Part shown: positions 50,890 through 63,100 of the stretch, piece by piece
How the letters are laid out: each line of letters starts with the position of its first letter
How positions within the stretch are numbered: the stretch's first letter is position 1
From: Felis catus
Taxonomy: Eukaryota
Direction of reading: 5' to 3'
DNA: 64,000 nucleotides
Assembly (NCBI RefSeq): GCF_018350175.1
Contig: NC_058368.1
Span: 195,674,001-195,738,000 of the forward strand
Made by a program: the position numbers and the translations under genes
Notes under the pieces: generated by a model
Databases searched by the model: none
The model's input: only the letters and a program-made list of their open reading frames with translations
What the model was told of the DNA's origin: nothing

Positions 50890-51500
50890 TCTTTGCACAC
50901 CCCGGAGGGCGCTCCTGACCCTGGGGCCACTTGCGCGCACTGGCACCGCTGGACGCGCTCCAGCAGCGACATCTGCAGCGCGACACCTGCAGCGCAACAC
51001 CAGCAAGAATGCAGACCCGGGACCCCGCCCGCCCCAGACTCACGGACCCAGGTTAAGGACGGTCACTGCAGCTTTTGACACACCCCGGTTCACGCCTACC
51101 CCCAAAGTCCTATTGTTCTTCACCCACTCACTCCACTTCCCCAAATCCGCGCCCGCTTCCTCCGCGCACCTCCAGCCCGGACCAAGACCAACCAGGTGCA
51201 AGGATCAGAGCCTCACTCCCGCCCGGGGGCAGCGCTGTGAGGACAGGGAAGGCACACATGCGCAGAGGAGGACGTCTCGCACGCGCGCGGGTCTCGCAGG
51301 AGCCCGTTCCCTTTGACTGCAAAATACATCTCCCAGAATGCCTCAGCGGCGGCGCGGCACATGCGCGGCGAGAGGCAGGGCGCGCGTGGAGCGTCGGGGC
51401 GCATTGCAGCGGATTCCGACACTGCAGTCCCGGCTTCAGGCTCCAAACCCCTCCTCCAAAGAGAACCCATAGAGGGTCGCTCGACGTACTGAGCCAGAGG
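50890..51500 (-). promoter_or_regulatory. CpG-island promoter and probable non-coding first exon of the KRAB-ZNF gene
   Basis: CpG-rich; NRF1-like CACATGCGC twice (about 51255 and 51358); ZNF143/SBS-like ATACATCTCCCAGAATGC at about 51324-51341; candidate minus-strand donor TCC|GTGAGT at 51044/51043. Confidence 0.75.
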
Positions 51501-52065
51501 CTAGCGATAGCTAGCCAGACCTACAACGTTTCAAGAATTTTCCCAGGCCTGAGCCTGCAGGACTTAACTCTGGAATTTGAGTTTGAGCCTGAAGCCTTTC
51601 ATATTTTTGTGGTCAGCCCTTCTGCTTTTCTGAATGGACCCGTGAGTATAATGTTTTGACGAAAGGGGAGATACATTTCAGAGATTTCACTAAAATGCCT
51701 GTAAATGAAAGCTAGCAGTGGTTTAAATTAGTATTCTGTGACCAGCTGGCATATTTTCTGAGAACACACAAATTAATTTTGATTACACAGACTTGAAGAC
51801 CAATAGCTAACTAGTCTGTGTAACATTAAAAAGAAAAACTTGAAAAAATCTACAGACAGGTTTCCTCCACAGGGCACTTTGATGTTATATATAAAGATGC
51901 TTCATGTTGATCTAGTGCGACATTAATCAATGCCCTGATACGTACCCATAGTTCTAGGGAAACTGGTTTTTTGGGAAAAATAATTTTGGATAATCACCTT
52001 CCATGTTGTGCCAGTTTCCATATGGCTTAAAAGTTACAACAAAAACTTATACAGCATTTACTATT

Positions 52066-52855
52066 GTGTAATAAAGATTTTGGCTTTCATTCGAAGTTTC
52101 TGGCAAGTAAGCTCTAAACACTTGCAGTAAAGAATATGGCTGGCAGAATAAAGATTTTGTCCTCTATTATTGAGAGGTAGCCTCTAGATCTGTGGAATTT
52201 CCCCAGTAATGGAAATGCCCCTAGTGGGCCCTGATAATTTATCCTACCTAGAATGACTCATGGTGGGTCCCTGGAGAGTTGACACTGAGAAGATGACTCA
52301 GGGTGGGGGCTGGCCACTCCAACAAAGACCATGTGATTAGAGAGTTGGGGTTTTAAACCAGAAGATATCATTTGGAGAATCCCTCAGGGGTATAAGGCAG
52401 GGTTGGAGATTGAGTTTAGCCTGAAGGCCGCGTAGGTAATGAAACCTGGATAAAAACTCTGGACGGGGAGCTCAGGTGAACTTCCCTGGTTGGCAGTATT
52501 GTAGGTATCTCTGACTCAGAGATCATACAAAAGTTTCACTTTTGTAACCCTTTCAGATTGTACACTATTAGTCTCTCCCTTTGGCTAGTTCTCATTCCTA
52601 TCCTAATGCTATAATAAAACTATAATCATAAGTATAGTGCTTTCCTGAGTTCTGTGAGTCATTGAAGTGAATCACCAAAGTATCAAAAAGGGCACTGGGA
52701 ACCCCTGAATTTTTAGCCCACTAGCCAGAGGTGAGGGTGGCCTGAGAAGTCCTGAGCTTACAGCTGGTGACGGAAGTGAAGGCAGTCTTATGGAGGACTG
52801 TGATTTGTGAATTTAACCTGTGAATTGTGGACCAGTTCCAGCTCATTGGTGTCCA
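52066..52855 (+). mobile_element. ERV solo LTR, MER21-like
   Basis: Starts TGTG; MER21-like motifs (CCATGTGATTAGAGAGTTGG, TTTCCTGAGTTCTGTGAG, GGGAACCCCTGAATTT). Confidence 0.6.
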
Positions 52856-53054
52856 AAGTCACTGAGATTATGGCCTGTGTGTTATTCTAGGTACTTTAAA
52901 TGTATTAACTAATTTAATACTCCTATGACAACTCTGTGAACTAGATTCTATTAACTTCATTTTACCCTTGAGGGAAATTGAGACACCCAGATTAACCCAC
53001 TTAACTAGGGGACACACAGCTAGTTAGTGGGAGAGCAAGGCAGAATGGCTGTAG

Positions 53055-55090
53055 ACCATGGGTTGGTAAACTGCCACTCAGGCCACATCAGCCAACTGCC
53101 TGTTTTTGCACTCTCTGTGACCATAGAGTGTTTTGTACATTTGTAAATGACTGGAAAAAAATTAATAGAGATGTGTTTAGGTGTTAGTTTATAAAAGTGA
53201 CTGAGTGATGACACAGAGAGGTCAATGTCATTGAAAGAAAAATTTAATTTACTCAAAGTTCCCCTAGAAATGGGAGGCAGACTGGGTCCCAATTCTACTG
53301 AGGGGTTCCCTACACCACCAATAATCAAATCTCTGACATGAGCCAGGTGTCCTACGATTTCTGCCACATCTACTGGGAAATAGCATGAGATCCCACAGGT
53401 TAAGGGTTCAGTCCTACAAGACTGCTCCCAACCCCATTTCAGACCCTGGTCCTAAGCCCAGGTTATTCTGTGCTACAGATTGGAGGTTCCCAGGCCTCCT
53501 CCTACAGATGCCAGTCACAAGCCCAGGTTGTTAGTTGTACTTCTGACTGCCTGGCTATAAGTCAGAGGTTCTGACCACCCCTTCCTTCCTGGGTTCAATT
53601 AATTTGCTAGAACAGCTCATAGAACTCAAAGAAACATATTACTTACTAGATTACTGATTATTAGAAAAGTATATGACCCAGGAACAACTAAATAGAAGAC
53701 ATACGTAGGACAAGGTATAGGGAAAGGGGGTGGAGCTTCCATGCTCTCTAAACAAGCCACTCTCCCCACATCTCCCTCCACATGTTCACCAACCTGGAAG
53801 CTCTTCAAACCCTGTCCTTTTGGGTATTTATGGAGGCATCGTTACATAGGCATGATTGACTAAGTCACTGGCTATTGGTTATTGATTGATTCAACCTCTA
53901 GCCTCTATCCCATCCCTGAAAATCAGGAGGCCAGACTGAAAGTTCCACCTCTGTACTCTCGGTTGGTTGCCCTGGCAACCAGCCTCCATCTTTAGGTGCT
54001 TTCCACAAGTCACCTCAGTAACATGGTAACCCAGTCACCCAGTTGTGGTGGAAAAGGGCTATTGTGAATAATAGGACACCCATCTCAACTTACGACTCTA
54101 AAGCAATTTCAGATACTGAGAGCAAGAGACCAAATAGGATAACAGAAGATGCTCCCATTGCTCTTATCACTCAGGAAATTCCAAGTTTTGGAAGCTGAGA
54201 GCCAGGAACCATGGACAATGACCCAATGTGTATGAGAAATACATCTTGGTCATCTGAATGACCAAATATGTTTTTTCTTATAAATTACAATGTCACATAG
54301 GACCACAGGGAGAAGCACCAGTGTCAGTCAGGAGGCAGGAGTAAAGGCATAGATCATAGCCTTTTTTTTTTTTTTTTAAAGATATGAAGGCTTGAAAAAA
54401 ATTGTAGCATAGTTAACATACAGTGTTATATTAGTTTCAGGGTACAATATAGTGATTCAGTATTTCTGTATATCACCCAGTGCTCATCACAAGTGCACTC
54501 TAGACCATAGCCTTTATTGGCATTTACATGAGAAAGGAAAGGCAGAGCAGAATAAACCGTTTACGATTGGCTGGTTTGAATAATTCTGGTGGGCTTGGGG
54601 GTATAGGGATTGGCTTTAATTGTTACCTGGATTGATTCAGGGCAGGGGAATATTAGGTTGGTGTGTGGCTGTTAGATAAAGGAGGTGGTTGGGGGTATGA
54701 ACTTGGGATTGACTGGTTTGCATATGGGAGGAGTGCTGTCAGGTAAGCTGTTTATTACAATAGGAATTAACTATTTCTGAGAGGGGCAGTTTCCCCAGTC
54801 AGCAGTGACCTCTACCCCAGAATGTCAAAATATCATAACATAGAGAAAATTTCAAAAATGGTTAACATAAAATAGTATTTCATAATACATGAACACTATA
54901 TGAAATTCTAATTTTAGTGTATATAAAGTTTTATTGGGACATAGCAACATTTATTTATTTACTATTGTCTATGGCTGCTGTTACTCTACGACAGTGGAGT
55001 TCATTTGTGATAGAGGCCATATGGCCTGCAAAACCTAAATTGTTTACTATTTGGCCTTTTACTAAAAAACATTTGACAACCTTTGCTCTA
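53055..55090. mobile_element. Nested cluster: MER58-like DNA transposon split by an LTR, which carries a MER21-like LTR (about 53285-54297) and a short L1 tail (about 54362-54500)
   Basis: MER58-like ends (GGGTTGGTAAACT ... TTTGACAACCTTTG); L1 tail TSD AGA(T/C)CATAGCCTTT; inner LTR ends TGTCACA. Confidence 0.6.
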
Positions 55091-55496
55091 TAGTAAATGT
55101 CCTTAATCTGTATGAAATACTGCATAAAAACGAAAGTGTAAAATTTATAAACATTTAAATATAAGGCTGTCTGTACTAAATCTTTGGGTGGGGAAACTCT
55201 TTAGCATGTTACTATAAGGAAAAAATAGAAGACTAAATTATGGGAAATTTTAAAAATTTTTATGGTAAAAAACAATTGTACGGGAGTAGGAGTAGTACTA
55301 TATGGAGTAGATGTAGTTTTACTTATTCCCTTTGCTAAGGAAGAGTTTGGAATTATATACATGTTCTAGGACTGCATTGTTTTCTGGCTTTCATAGTTTC
55401 TATTGAAAAGTCAATTGACAATCTTAGTCCGTAAAGGAAATACGTGTTTTCCTCTGACTACTTTAAGAATTTCAGCTTTTTAAAAAAAGAATATCT

Positions 55497-55722
55497 GGGG
55501 GCGCCTGGGTGGCTCAGTCGGTTAAGCGTCCGACTTTGGCTCAGGTCGTGATCTCGCGGTCTGTGAGTTCGAGCCCCACGTTGGGCTCTGTGCTGACAGC
55601 TCAGAACCTGGAGCCTGCTTCTGATTCTGTGTTTCCCTCTCTCTCTGACCCTCCCCCCATTCATGCTCTGTCTCTCTCTGTCTCAAAAATAAATAAACGT
55701 TAAAAAAAATAAAAAAAAAAAG
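55497..55722 (+). mobile_element. Full-length Can-SINE
   Basis: Canonical head and tail; TSD AAAAAGAATA(T/C)CTG. Confidence 0.92.
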
Positions 55723-55729
55723 AATACCT

Positions 55730-58700
55730 GTATTGAGATATAATTCACCCATTTAAAGTATATAATTTAGTGGCTTTTAGTATAGTCACAGATATGTGCA
55801 GCCATCACCACAGTCAATTTCAGTACATTGTTATCACTGCAAAAAGAAACTCGGTACCCTTTAGCTATTGCCCCACTATTCACCACCTCCCAGTCCTAAA
55901 TACCTAAGCCTGGTACTTTCAGGCTCTGTAGATATGCCTGTTCTATTTATATTTTCATATAAATTGAATCATGTACTATGTAGTCTTTTATGACTGCCTT
56001 CTTTCACTTAATGTAATATTTTCAAGGTTCACCCGTATTGTAGCATGTATCAGTTCATTCTTTATGGACAAATAATATTCTATTGTATGTACAGACCACA
56101 TTTTCTTTATCCATTCACCATTTGATCGGCATTTGGCTTGTTTGTACCTTTTGACTTTTATGAATAATTATGTAAATAGTGTATACACTTTGGTGTGGAT
56201 ATACCACTTTCAATTCTTGCGTGTAGATTCCTGGCAGTGGAATTGCTGGGTCATATAGTAATTCTCTGTTTAGTGCCAAGTTTTTTCCAAAGTGGCTATA
56301 CCATTTTACATTCCCACCAGCAGTGTATGAGGGTTCTGATTTCACCACATCATTACTAACATTTGTTATTATCTTTTTGATGCTAGCCATCCTAGTAGGT
56401 ATAAAGTGGTATCTCATTTTGGTTTTGATTTGCAGTTCCCTGATGACTAATAATGTCAAGAATTTTTCATGTGATTGTTGGCTATTTTCATATGATGGAA
56501 GGTAAGGGTCCAATTTTATTCTTTTGCATGTGCCTATCTAATTTTCCCAGGGCTATTTCTTGAAAGAACAGTCCTTTTCTCATTGAATGGTCTTGCCACC
56601 CATGTCAAAAACCACTTGAACATAGGTGTCTGGGTATATTTCTGGACTCTTCATTCTATTCTATTGACCTATATATGTCTACCCATATGCTAGTACCACA
56701 TTGTTTTGATAACCATGGTTTTGTAGTAATTTTTGAAGTAAAAAAGTATAAGCCCTCCAACTTTGTTCTTTTTCCAAGGTTGTTTTGGCTATTCTGGGTC
56801 TCTTGCAATTCCGTGTGCATTTAAGGATAACCTTTTCTATTTCTGCAAAAGAAGCTGTTGGGTTTTGATAGGAATTTCATTGAATCTCTGGATGCCTTTG
56901 GGGAATATTGCATCTTAATATTATCAAGTTTTCCGAATCAGTGATTGCATACTACCTTTCCTTTTGCTTAGATCTTTAATTCTTTTCAGCAATGTTTTTG
57001 TAGTTTTCAATGTAGAAGTATTGTACTTATTTGGTTTAATATATTTGTTCGTATTCTATTCCTTTGGATGCTATTATAAATGGAATTGTTTGCTTAATGT
57101 CCTTTTCGAATTGTTTGTTGATATTGTGTAGAAATATCACTTTTATGTTGGCCTTGTATCCTGCAACCTTACTGAATTTATTAGCTTCAATAATTTGTGT
57201 GTGAGGCAGGAGGGAGAGGTTTTTGGATTTTACTAAGATTATGTTGCCTGTGAATAGATACAGTTTTCATCTTCCTTTCTAATTTGGATGCCCCTGATTA
57301 TTTTTTTCCCTTGGCTAATTACTATGGCCATAATTTCAGCACAATGTTGAATAAAGTGGTGAAAGGAGGCATCCTTGTTCTGTGTTTGATCTTTTTTTTT
57401 TTTTAAGTTTACTTATTTATTTTGATCTTTCAAAGAACCAACTACTGGTTCTGTTGATCATTTCTATTGTTCTTCTCTATTTTATTTCCACTCAAATCTT
57501 TATTATCTCCTTCCTCCTTCTGTTTTAGTTTTCATGTCTTTCTAGTTACTTAAGGTGTAAAGTTAGGCAATTGCTTGTGATATTGCTTCTTTTTTTACTG
57601 TAGGCATTTACAGCTCTAAATTTCCATCCATGCCCTGCCTTCGCTGTATCCAGTAAGCTTGGTGTGTTGTTGTTTGTTTTGTTTTGTTTCATTTGTCTCT
57701 GTTTGAGGGTGGTGGGGAGGGGCAAAGGGAGAGAGAGAGAATCCCAAACTGGGATTTTACTTACTTTTAGTTAAGTAGCTACTGTAGTTTGCCAAAGGCT
57801 CTGAACTAGACGCCTAGGTTTAAAAAAGAAGAGGAAGTGTTAGATGTTACAAACATGAGTATTGACACTTTTTCCTTGATTTAACCAGAAAGATAGGGAT
57901 ACAAACACGAGGAAAATATTTTCTCACTGGTTGATTCCATATTAATTTAATGTTACTTCCTTTTTTTTTTTTTTTATAATGTTTATTTATTTATTTTGAG
58001 AGCATGTGCACAATCAGGGGAGGGACCAAGAGAGAGGGAGGGAGAAAGAATCCTAAACAGGCTCAATCCTGTTAGCACGGGGCCCCATGTAGGGCTCAAA
58101 TTCACAAACCATGAGATCATGACCTGAACCAAAATCAAGAGTTTGTACGCTTAACCTACTGAGCCACCCAGACACCCCTGTTTCCAAGTATTTAAAAAAA
58201 ATTTGTTTTACATTTATTTATTTTTGAGAGACAGAGTGAGACAGAGCATGAGTAGAGGAGGGACAGAGAGAGAAGGAGACACAGAATCTGAAGCAGGCTC
58301 CAGGCTCTGAGCAAGTGTTCAGCCCAGAGCCCAATGCGGGGCTTGAACCCACGAACTGTGAGATCATCACCTGAACTGAAGTTGGACACTTAACCCACGG
58401 AGCCACCCAGGCACCCCCAAATACTTTTAAATTTTCCTTGTGTTTTTTTTTTTCTTTTACCCACTGGTTATCTAATAGGGTCCTGTTTAATTTCTACATA
58501 TTTGTGAACTTTCCAGTTTTTCTTCTCATTAGTTTCCAATTTTATTATCTTGTGGTTGGAGAACACAGTATATATGATTTCAGTGTTTTAAAATTTATTG
58601 ATACTTGTTTTGTAGCCTAAGATGTGGTACATCCTGAAGAATGTTCCGTGTGAACCTGAAAAAAATAAGTGTTTAGCTGTTACTGGGTATAGTGTCCTGT

Positions 58701-59210
58701 ATGTCTCTTAGGTCTAGTTTAAGTGTTAATCAGGTTATTTATATCCTTTTTCATTTTGTGTTTCTATGTTCAATCCATTATTTGAAATGGGGTGTTAAAG
58801 TCTCCCACTGCTATTATAAAACTGTCCATTTCTCCCTTTAATAATGTCAATATTTGCTTCAATATTTTTGGTCCTTGTTCAGTGTATAAATGTTCATAAT
58901 TGTTAATATTTTTGATGAATTGACTTTTTTTTTTTAACGTTTATTTATTTTTGGGACAGAGAGAGACAGAGCATGAACGGGGGAGGGTCAGAGAGAGAGG
59001 GAGACACAGAATCGGAAACAGGCTCCAGGCTCTGAGCCATCAGCCCAGAGCCTGATGCGGGGCTCGAACTCCCGGACCGCGAGATCGTGACCTGGCTGAA
59101 GTCGGACGCTTAACCGACTGCGCCACCCAGGCGCCCCGATGAATTGACTCTTTTATCAATATATAATGACCTTTTTTCTTTTGTAACAATTTCTGACTTC
59201 GTGTCTATTT
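55730..59210 (-). mobile_element. Antisense old L1 (3' end and ORF2 fragments) with Can-SINEs at about 57960-58178, 58195-58418 and 58926-59137
   Basis: Degenerate ORF2 peptide (ORF 56115-56513, LVIRELQIKTKMRYHFIPTRMA); the last SINE is CpG-rich with TSD GATGAATTGACT. Confidence 0.8.
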
Positions 59211-59881
59211 TGTCTACAATAACAACAGAAAGGTGAAAGTAACGGGAGGACAGAGTTGTAAAGGATCAATGTTTTGTATGCTATTAGAGCTACATTGATA
59301 ACGATTCAGAGTAGATTATTGTACATTCAGGATGTTAATTGTAATTTCCATAGCAACCAAGAAGGGAATAACTAAAACATTTTCAAAAAAAGAACTAAGC
59401 AGGGAATCAAAATGGTACACTGTAAAAAAAAAAAAAACACAAAGAAGGCAGTATTGAGGGAATTGAGGCACACACAAAAAATATGACACATAGAAACAAC
59501 TAGCAAAATGGCTTTACAGTGGTCATTTTAAATGTAAATGGATTAATGGATAGGGAAGAAACATGCTCTAACTATATGTTATCTATAACTATATGCTATC
59601 TTAGCAGGTAAGATGTTTTCATTTACTTTGATAAGTTTATAGAGTGAATTTAACCGCAGATTTACACTTGCAGTGTCTACTGAACATTTTTCTAGTTGAA
59701 AAAAGTCTAGTTTACAATTGGACAAGATATCAACAATATTATTTTCTTTAGTTTCATGAAAATCTTTATAAATGAAAAAGACAGTTTGACCCCCATTTTT
59801 CAATCCAAGTGTGAAGAGCTAGGGGATTTGTTTTCTGTCATGATTTGATGTATTTCCTGATATACCATTGAAAGCAGGATT

Positions 59882-60305
59882 GGGGCATCTGAGCAGCTCA
59901 ATTGGTTGAGTGCCCAACTCTTGATTTCGGCTCATGTCATGATCCCAGGGATGTGGAATCGAGCCCCACATCAGGCTCCATGCTAAGTGTGGAGCCTGCT
60001 TAAGATTCGCTCTCTCCCCCTCTGCCACTCTCCCTTACACTCTCTCTCTCTTAATAAAATAAAATAATAAAATAAATAAAAAATAATAAAAGGGGTGCTG
60101 GGTGGCTCAGTCGGTTGAGCGACTGACCAGCTCAGATCATGATCTAACAGTTCATGGGTTCGAACCCGTGTGGAGCTATGCACTGGCAGCACAGAGCCTC
60201 CTTTGGATTCTTTGTCCCCCCCTCTCTGTTCCTCCCCTGCTTGTGCTCTCTCTCTCAAAAATAAATAAACATAAAAATAGTAGTAATGATAATAATAATA
60301 ATACA
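59882..60305 (+). mobile_element. Two tandem Can-SINEs
   Basis: Heads at about 59882 and 60091; A-rich tails; AAAGCAGGATTGG flanks the pair. Confidence 0.85.
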
Positions 60306-61073
60306 AAGCAGGATTGGCTCTACACTGTAAGGGGCTAACACACCTATTACCAAAATTTCTCCTTTTGTCCACAGGACATTTTAGTTGCAACATTTGAGTT
60401 TGGAAATGTAATTTTATTCCGTTTCATATATAAGTAATTAGAATTATACAGTAATATCTATTTATGCTGTCTGTCTAATATAACTGGGAAATTACTATTT
60501 TCAACTCAGTGTTGGTGTCTTTTGGGGAGGCAAAAACCCTTTTATTTATTTAGAAGTATTTGCCTGTTATCCTTGACTCGTTTCATTTTGCTTTTGCACC
60601 CCCTTCACCACCATGCCCAAGCCTGAATTCTCTTTTGCATATTGTGCAATTTGCTCTATTTTAGTTTTTTACCTCCCTAATCCAGGTATGGGTGTGTCTT
60701 TACATCTGTCATCAAAATAAGAGGCTTTTTTTGGGCAATGTCATTGGTATTACAGTTGTTTTCATTTTCATTTTCTGAACTCTTAGAAAACATGGTCACA
60801 ATATTTACAATTTAAAAATTAAACAAGCATTATGTACAAAGCACGATGGTTAATCCATAGACAAAGCAAAAGACTGTTAACACTTATGATTGCCATGCAT
60901 TTAAGTTACACACTTAAAACGTATCACTCCCGAGTGACACAACAATGGATAATCCATTATTGTAAATCGCAAATCATGGTTGCCAACATCAGAAGCCAAG
61001 GGGAAAAATAGCAATGCTGACTGGGAAAGGTACAAAATCTATATCCTTATCCACTTGACTTTAAAAACGTGTT

Positions 61074-62015
61074 AGGCATATTTTCATGTGTCTGTTGGCC
61101 ATCTGGATGTCGTCTTTGGAAAAGTGTCTATTCATGTCTTCTGCCCATTTCTTCATTGGATTATTTGGTTTTTTAGGTGTTGAGGTTGGTAAGTTCTTTA
61201 TAGATTTTGGATACTAACCCTTTATCCGATATGTCATTTGCAAATATCTTCTCCCATTCCATCCGTTGCCTTTTAGTTTTGTTGATTATTTCCTTTGCAG
61301 GGCAAAACTTTTTTATCTTGATGAGGTCCCAGTAGTTCATTTTTGCTTGTATTTCCTTTGCCTTTGGAGACGTGTAGAGCAAGAAGTTGCTGTGGCTGAG
61401 GTCAAAGAGGTTGTTGCCTGTTTTCTCCTATAGGATTTTGATGGTTTCCTGTCTCACATTTAGGCCTTTCATCCATTTTAGTTTATTTTTGTGAATGGTA
61501 TAAGAAAGTGGTCCAGTTTCATTCTTCGTGTTGCTGTCCAGTTCTCCCAGCACCATTTGCTAAAGAGACTTCTTTCCATTGGATATTCTTTCCTGCTTTG
61601 TCAAAGATTAGTTGGCCATACATTTGTAGGTCCCATTCTGGGTTCTCCATTCTATTCCATTGGTCTGTGTGTCTGTTTTTGTGCCAATACCATACTATCT
61701 TGATAAGTAGAAACTTAACAGAGGACCATGGGGGAAGGGAAGGGGAAAAAATAGTTTCAAACTATAGGCAAACTCTTATAGGCAAACCATAAGAGACTCT
61801 TAAATACAGAGAACAAACTGAGGGTTGATGGGGGGGGGGGAGGGCAAGGGGAAGGGGAAAATGGGTGATGGGCATTGAGGAGGGTACTTGTTGGGATGAG
61901 CACTGGGTGTTGTATGTAAGCAATGAATCATGGGAATCTACTCCCGAAGCCAAGAGCACACTGTATACACTGTATGTTAGCTAACTTGACAAATTATATT
62001 TTAAAAATAAAAATA
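61074..62015. mobile_element. Carnivore L1 with 5' inversion: antisense ORF2 segment (about 61075-61703) joined to a sense 3' UTR and A-tail (about 61704-62015)
   Basis: Minus ORF 61173-61382 is L1 ORF2 ([32 protein letters not shown]); sense 3' UTR motif; near-identical flanks TAAAAACGT. Confidence 0.8.
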
Positions 62016-62759
62016 AAAACGTTGTTGTTCATTGCCTTAGTTTTTAGGTCACCTTATAGGTTTTGCACTTTCCCCCAACTTTCCCCACCCATCTCCTCAA
62101 ACTGAGAGGTTTGAAGTCCTGAGGATGGATTTCCTGGGAAATTCCAGACAAACCTAGGGGGTTAGCCACCCTACCTCGGTCTTCCCCCTTCCACTCACTC
62201 AGTGTCCTTTTTATCCCTTTCAGTCTCCCCCTCTTCTGCATTCTCCCCTCGTCTCAGACCTCAGCCTTTCAGTCTCAATACCTACACCCCCCGCCCCCTG
62301 CGTTTTGTGCCTTAGTCTCCATTCTCTGTTCCTCAGATTCTCCTTTATTTTGTGCCTCAGTCTCATCATTGTCTCAATTTTCCTTTTTTTCATCAGAAAT
62401 TCCCTGCAACATACTACGGTAGTAGGAATTTCCCCAACGCGATTCCTTAGCATTGTTTTTTTTTAGCATAATTAACGGTTTTATGACTCCTCTCCACCCC
62501 CCCCCCCATGAGCCCTTCCATCACTTTTGCCCCTCTGTCCTACAGTGGAATCCCCTTGTATAGGGCGAATCCCCCTGTATAGGGCTGTACCATTTACCAG
62601 CACTTTGAAGTAGAATCCCTGCAAAAGGATTCCACCGTTCCAAATTCCTCTTTCCCCAGTTAGTCTTCAAATAAAGGACTGCACCACTGCACCTTCTTCC
62701 CCGATCCTTTAAAAGCTCTCGGCAAAACTTTGCCCCACACGGGTTTATATAATCTTCCT

Positions 62760-63100
62760 TTCGGTCATTTTACCCGTTCCCCTCGCCGCCGCAAAGACAC
62801 GGTCCAAACTCAGGCTGGGAATAAACCCAAGTTCCTCCTCTTGTACGGAATTGTCCGGGTTCTCAAGATGGCGGCTTCCGCAGTGAGACACAGCGCATGG
62901 GGGCGGACATCTTGCCTCCTGAACAAAGCCGCAGAGAATGCGGAGTGGGCAAAACCGCTCAGAATAGCTCGGCGCATGCTTGAGAGCCCTGCGCTGTGGT
63001 CACCCAGGCAGGAAGCGGGTGCTAATCACGTTAATCCATGACAGCTGTCCCGGGTTAAACTGTGACGGACGTTTCCGGACCTGATAATCGAGCTGGGAGT
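62760..63100. promoter_or_regulatory. CpG-island promoter of a further gene, probably transcribed on + out of the window; by synteny a ZNF300-type gene
   Basis: YY1 motif AAGATGGCGGC at 62865-62875 joined to ETS-like CTTCCG; GC box at about 62899-62907; NRF1-like GCGCATGC at about 62972; local CpG enrichment. Confidence 0.65.

Noticed and set aside
51075..51659. 194-aa ORF over the CpG island
   Set aside because: Stop-poor GC-rich promoter sequence with no domain similarity
56115..56513. 132-aa ORF (also 46389-46598 and 61173-61382)
   Set aside because: Degenerate L1 ORF2 fragments, not host genes
62730..63041. ORF containing MAASAVRH... as a first coding exon
   Set aside because: AAGATGGCGGC is better explained as a YY1 promoter motif; no recognisable protein follows
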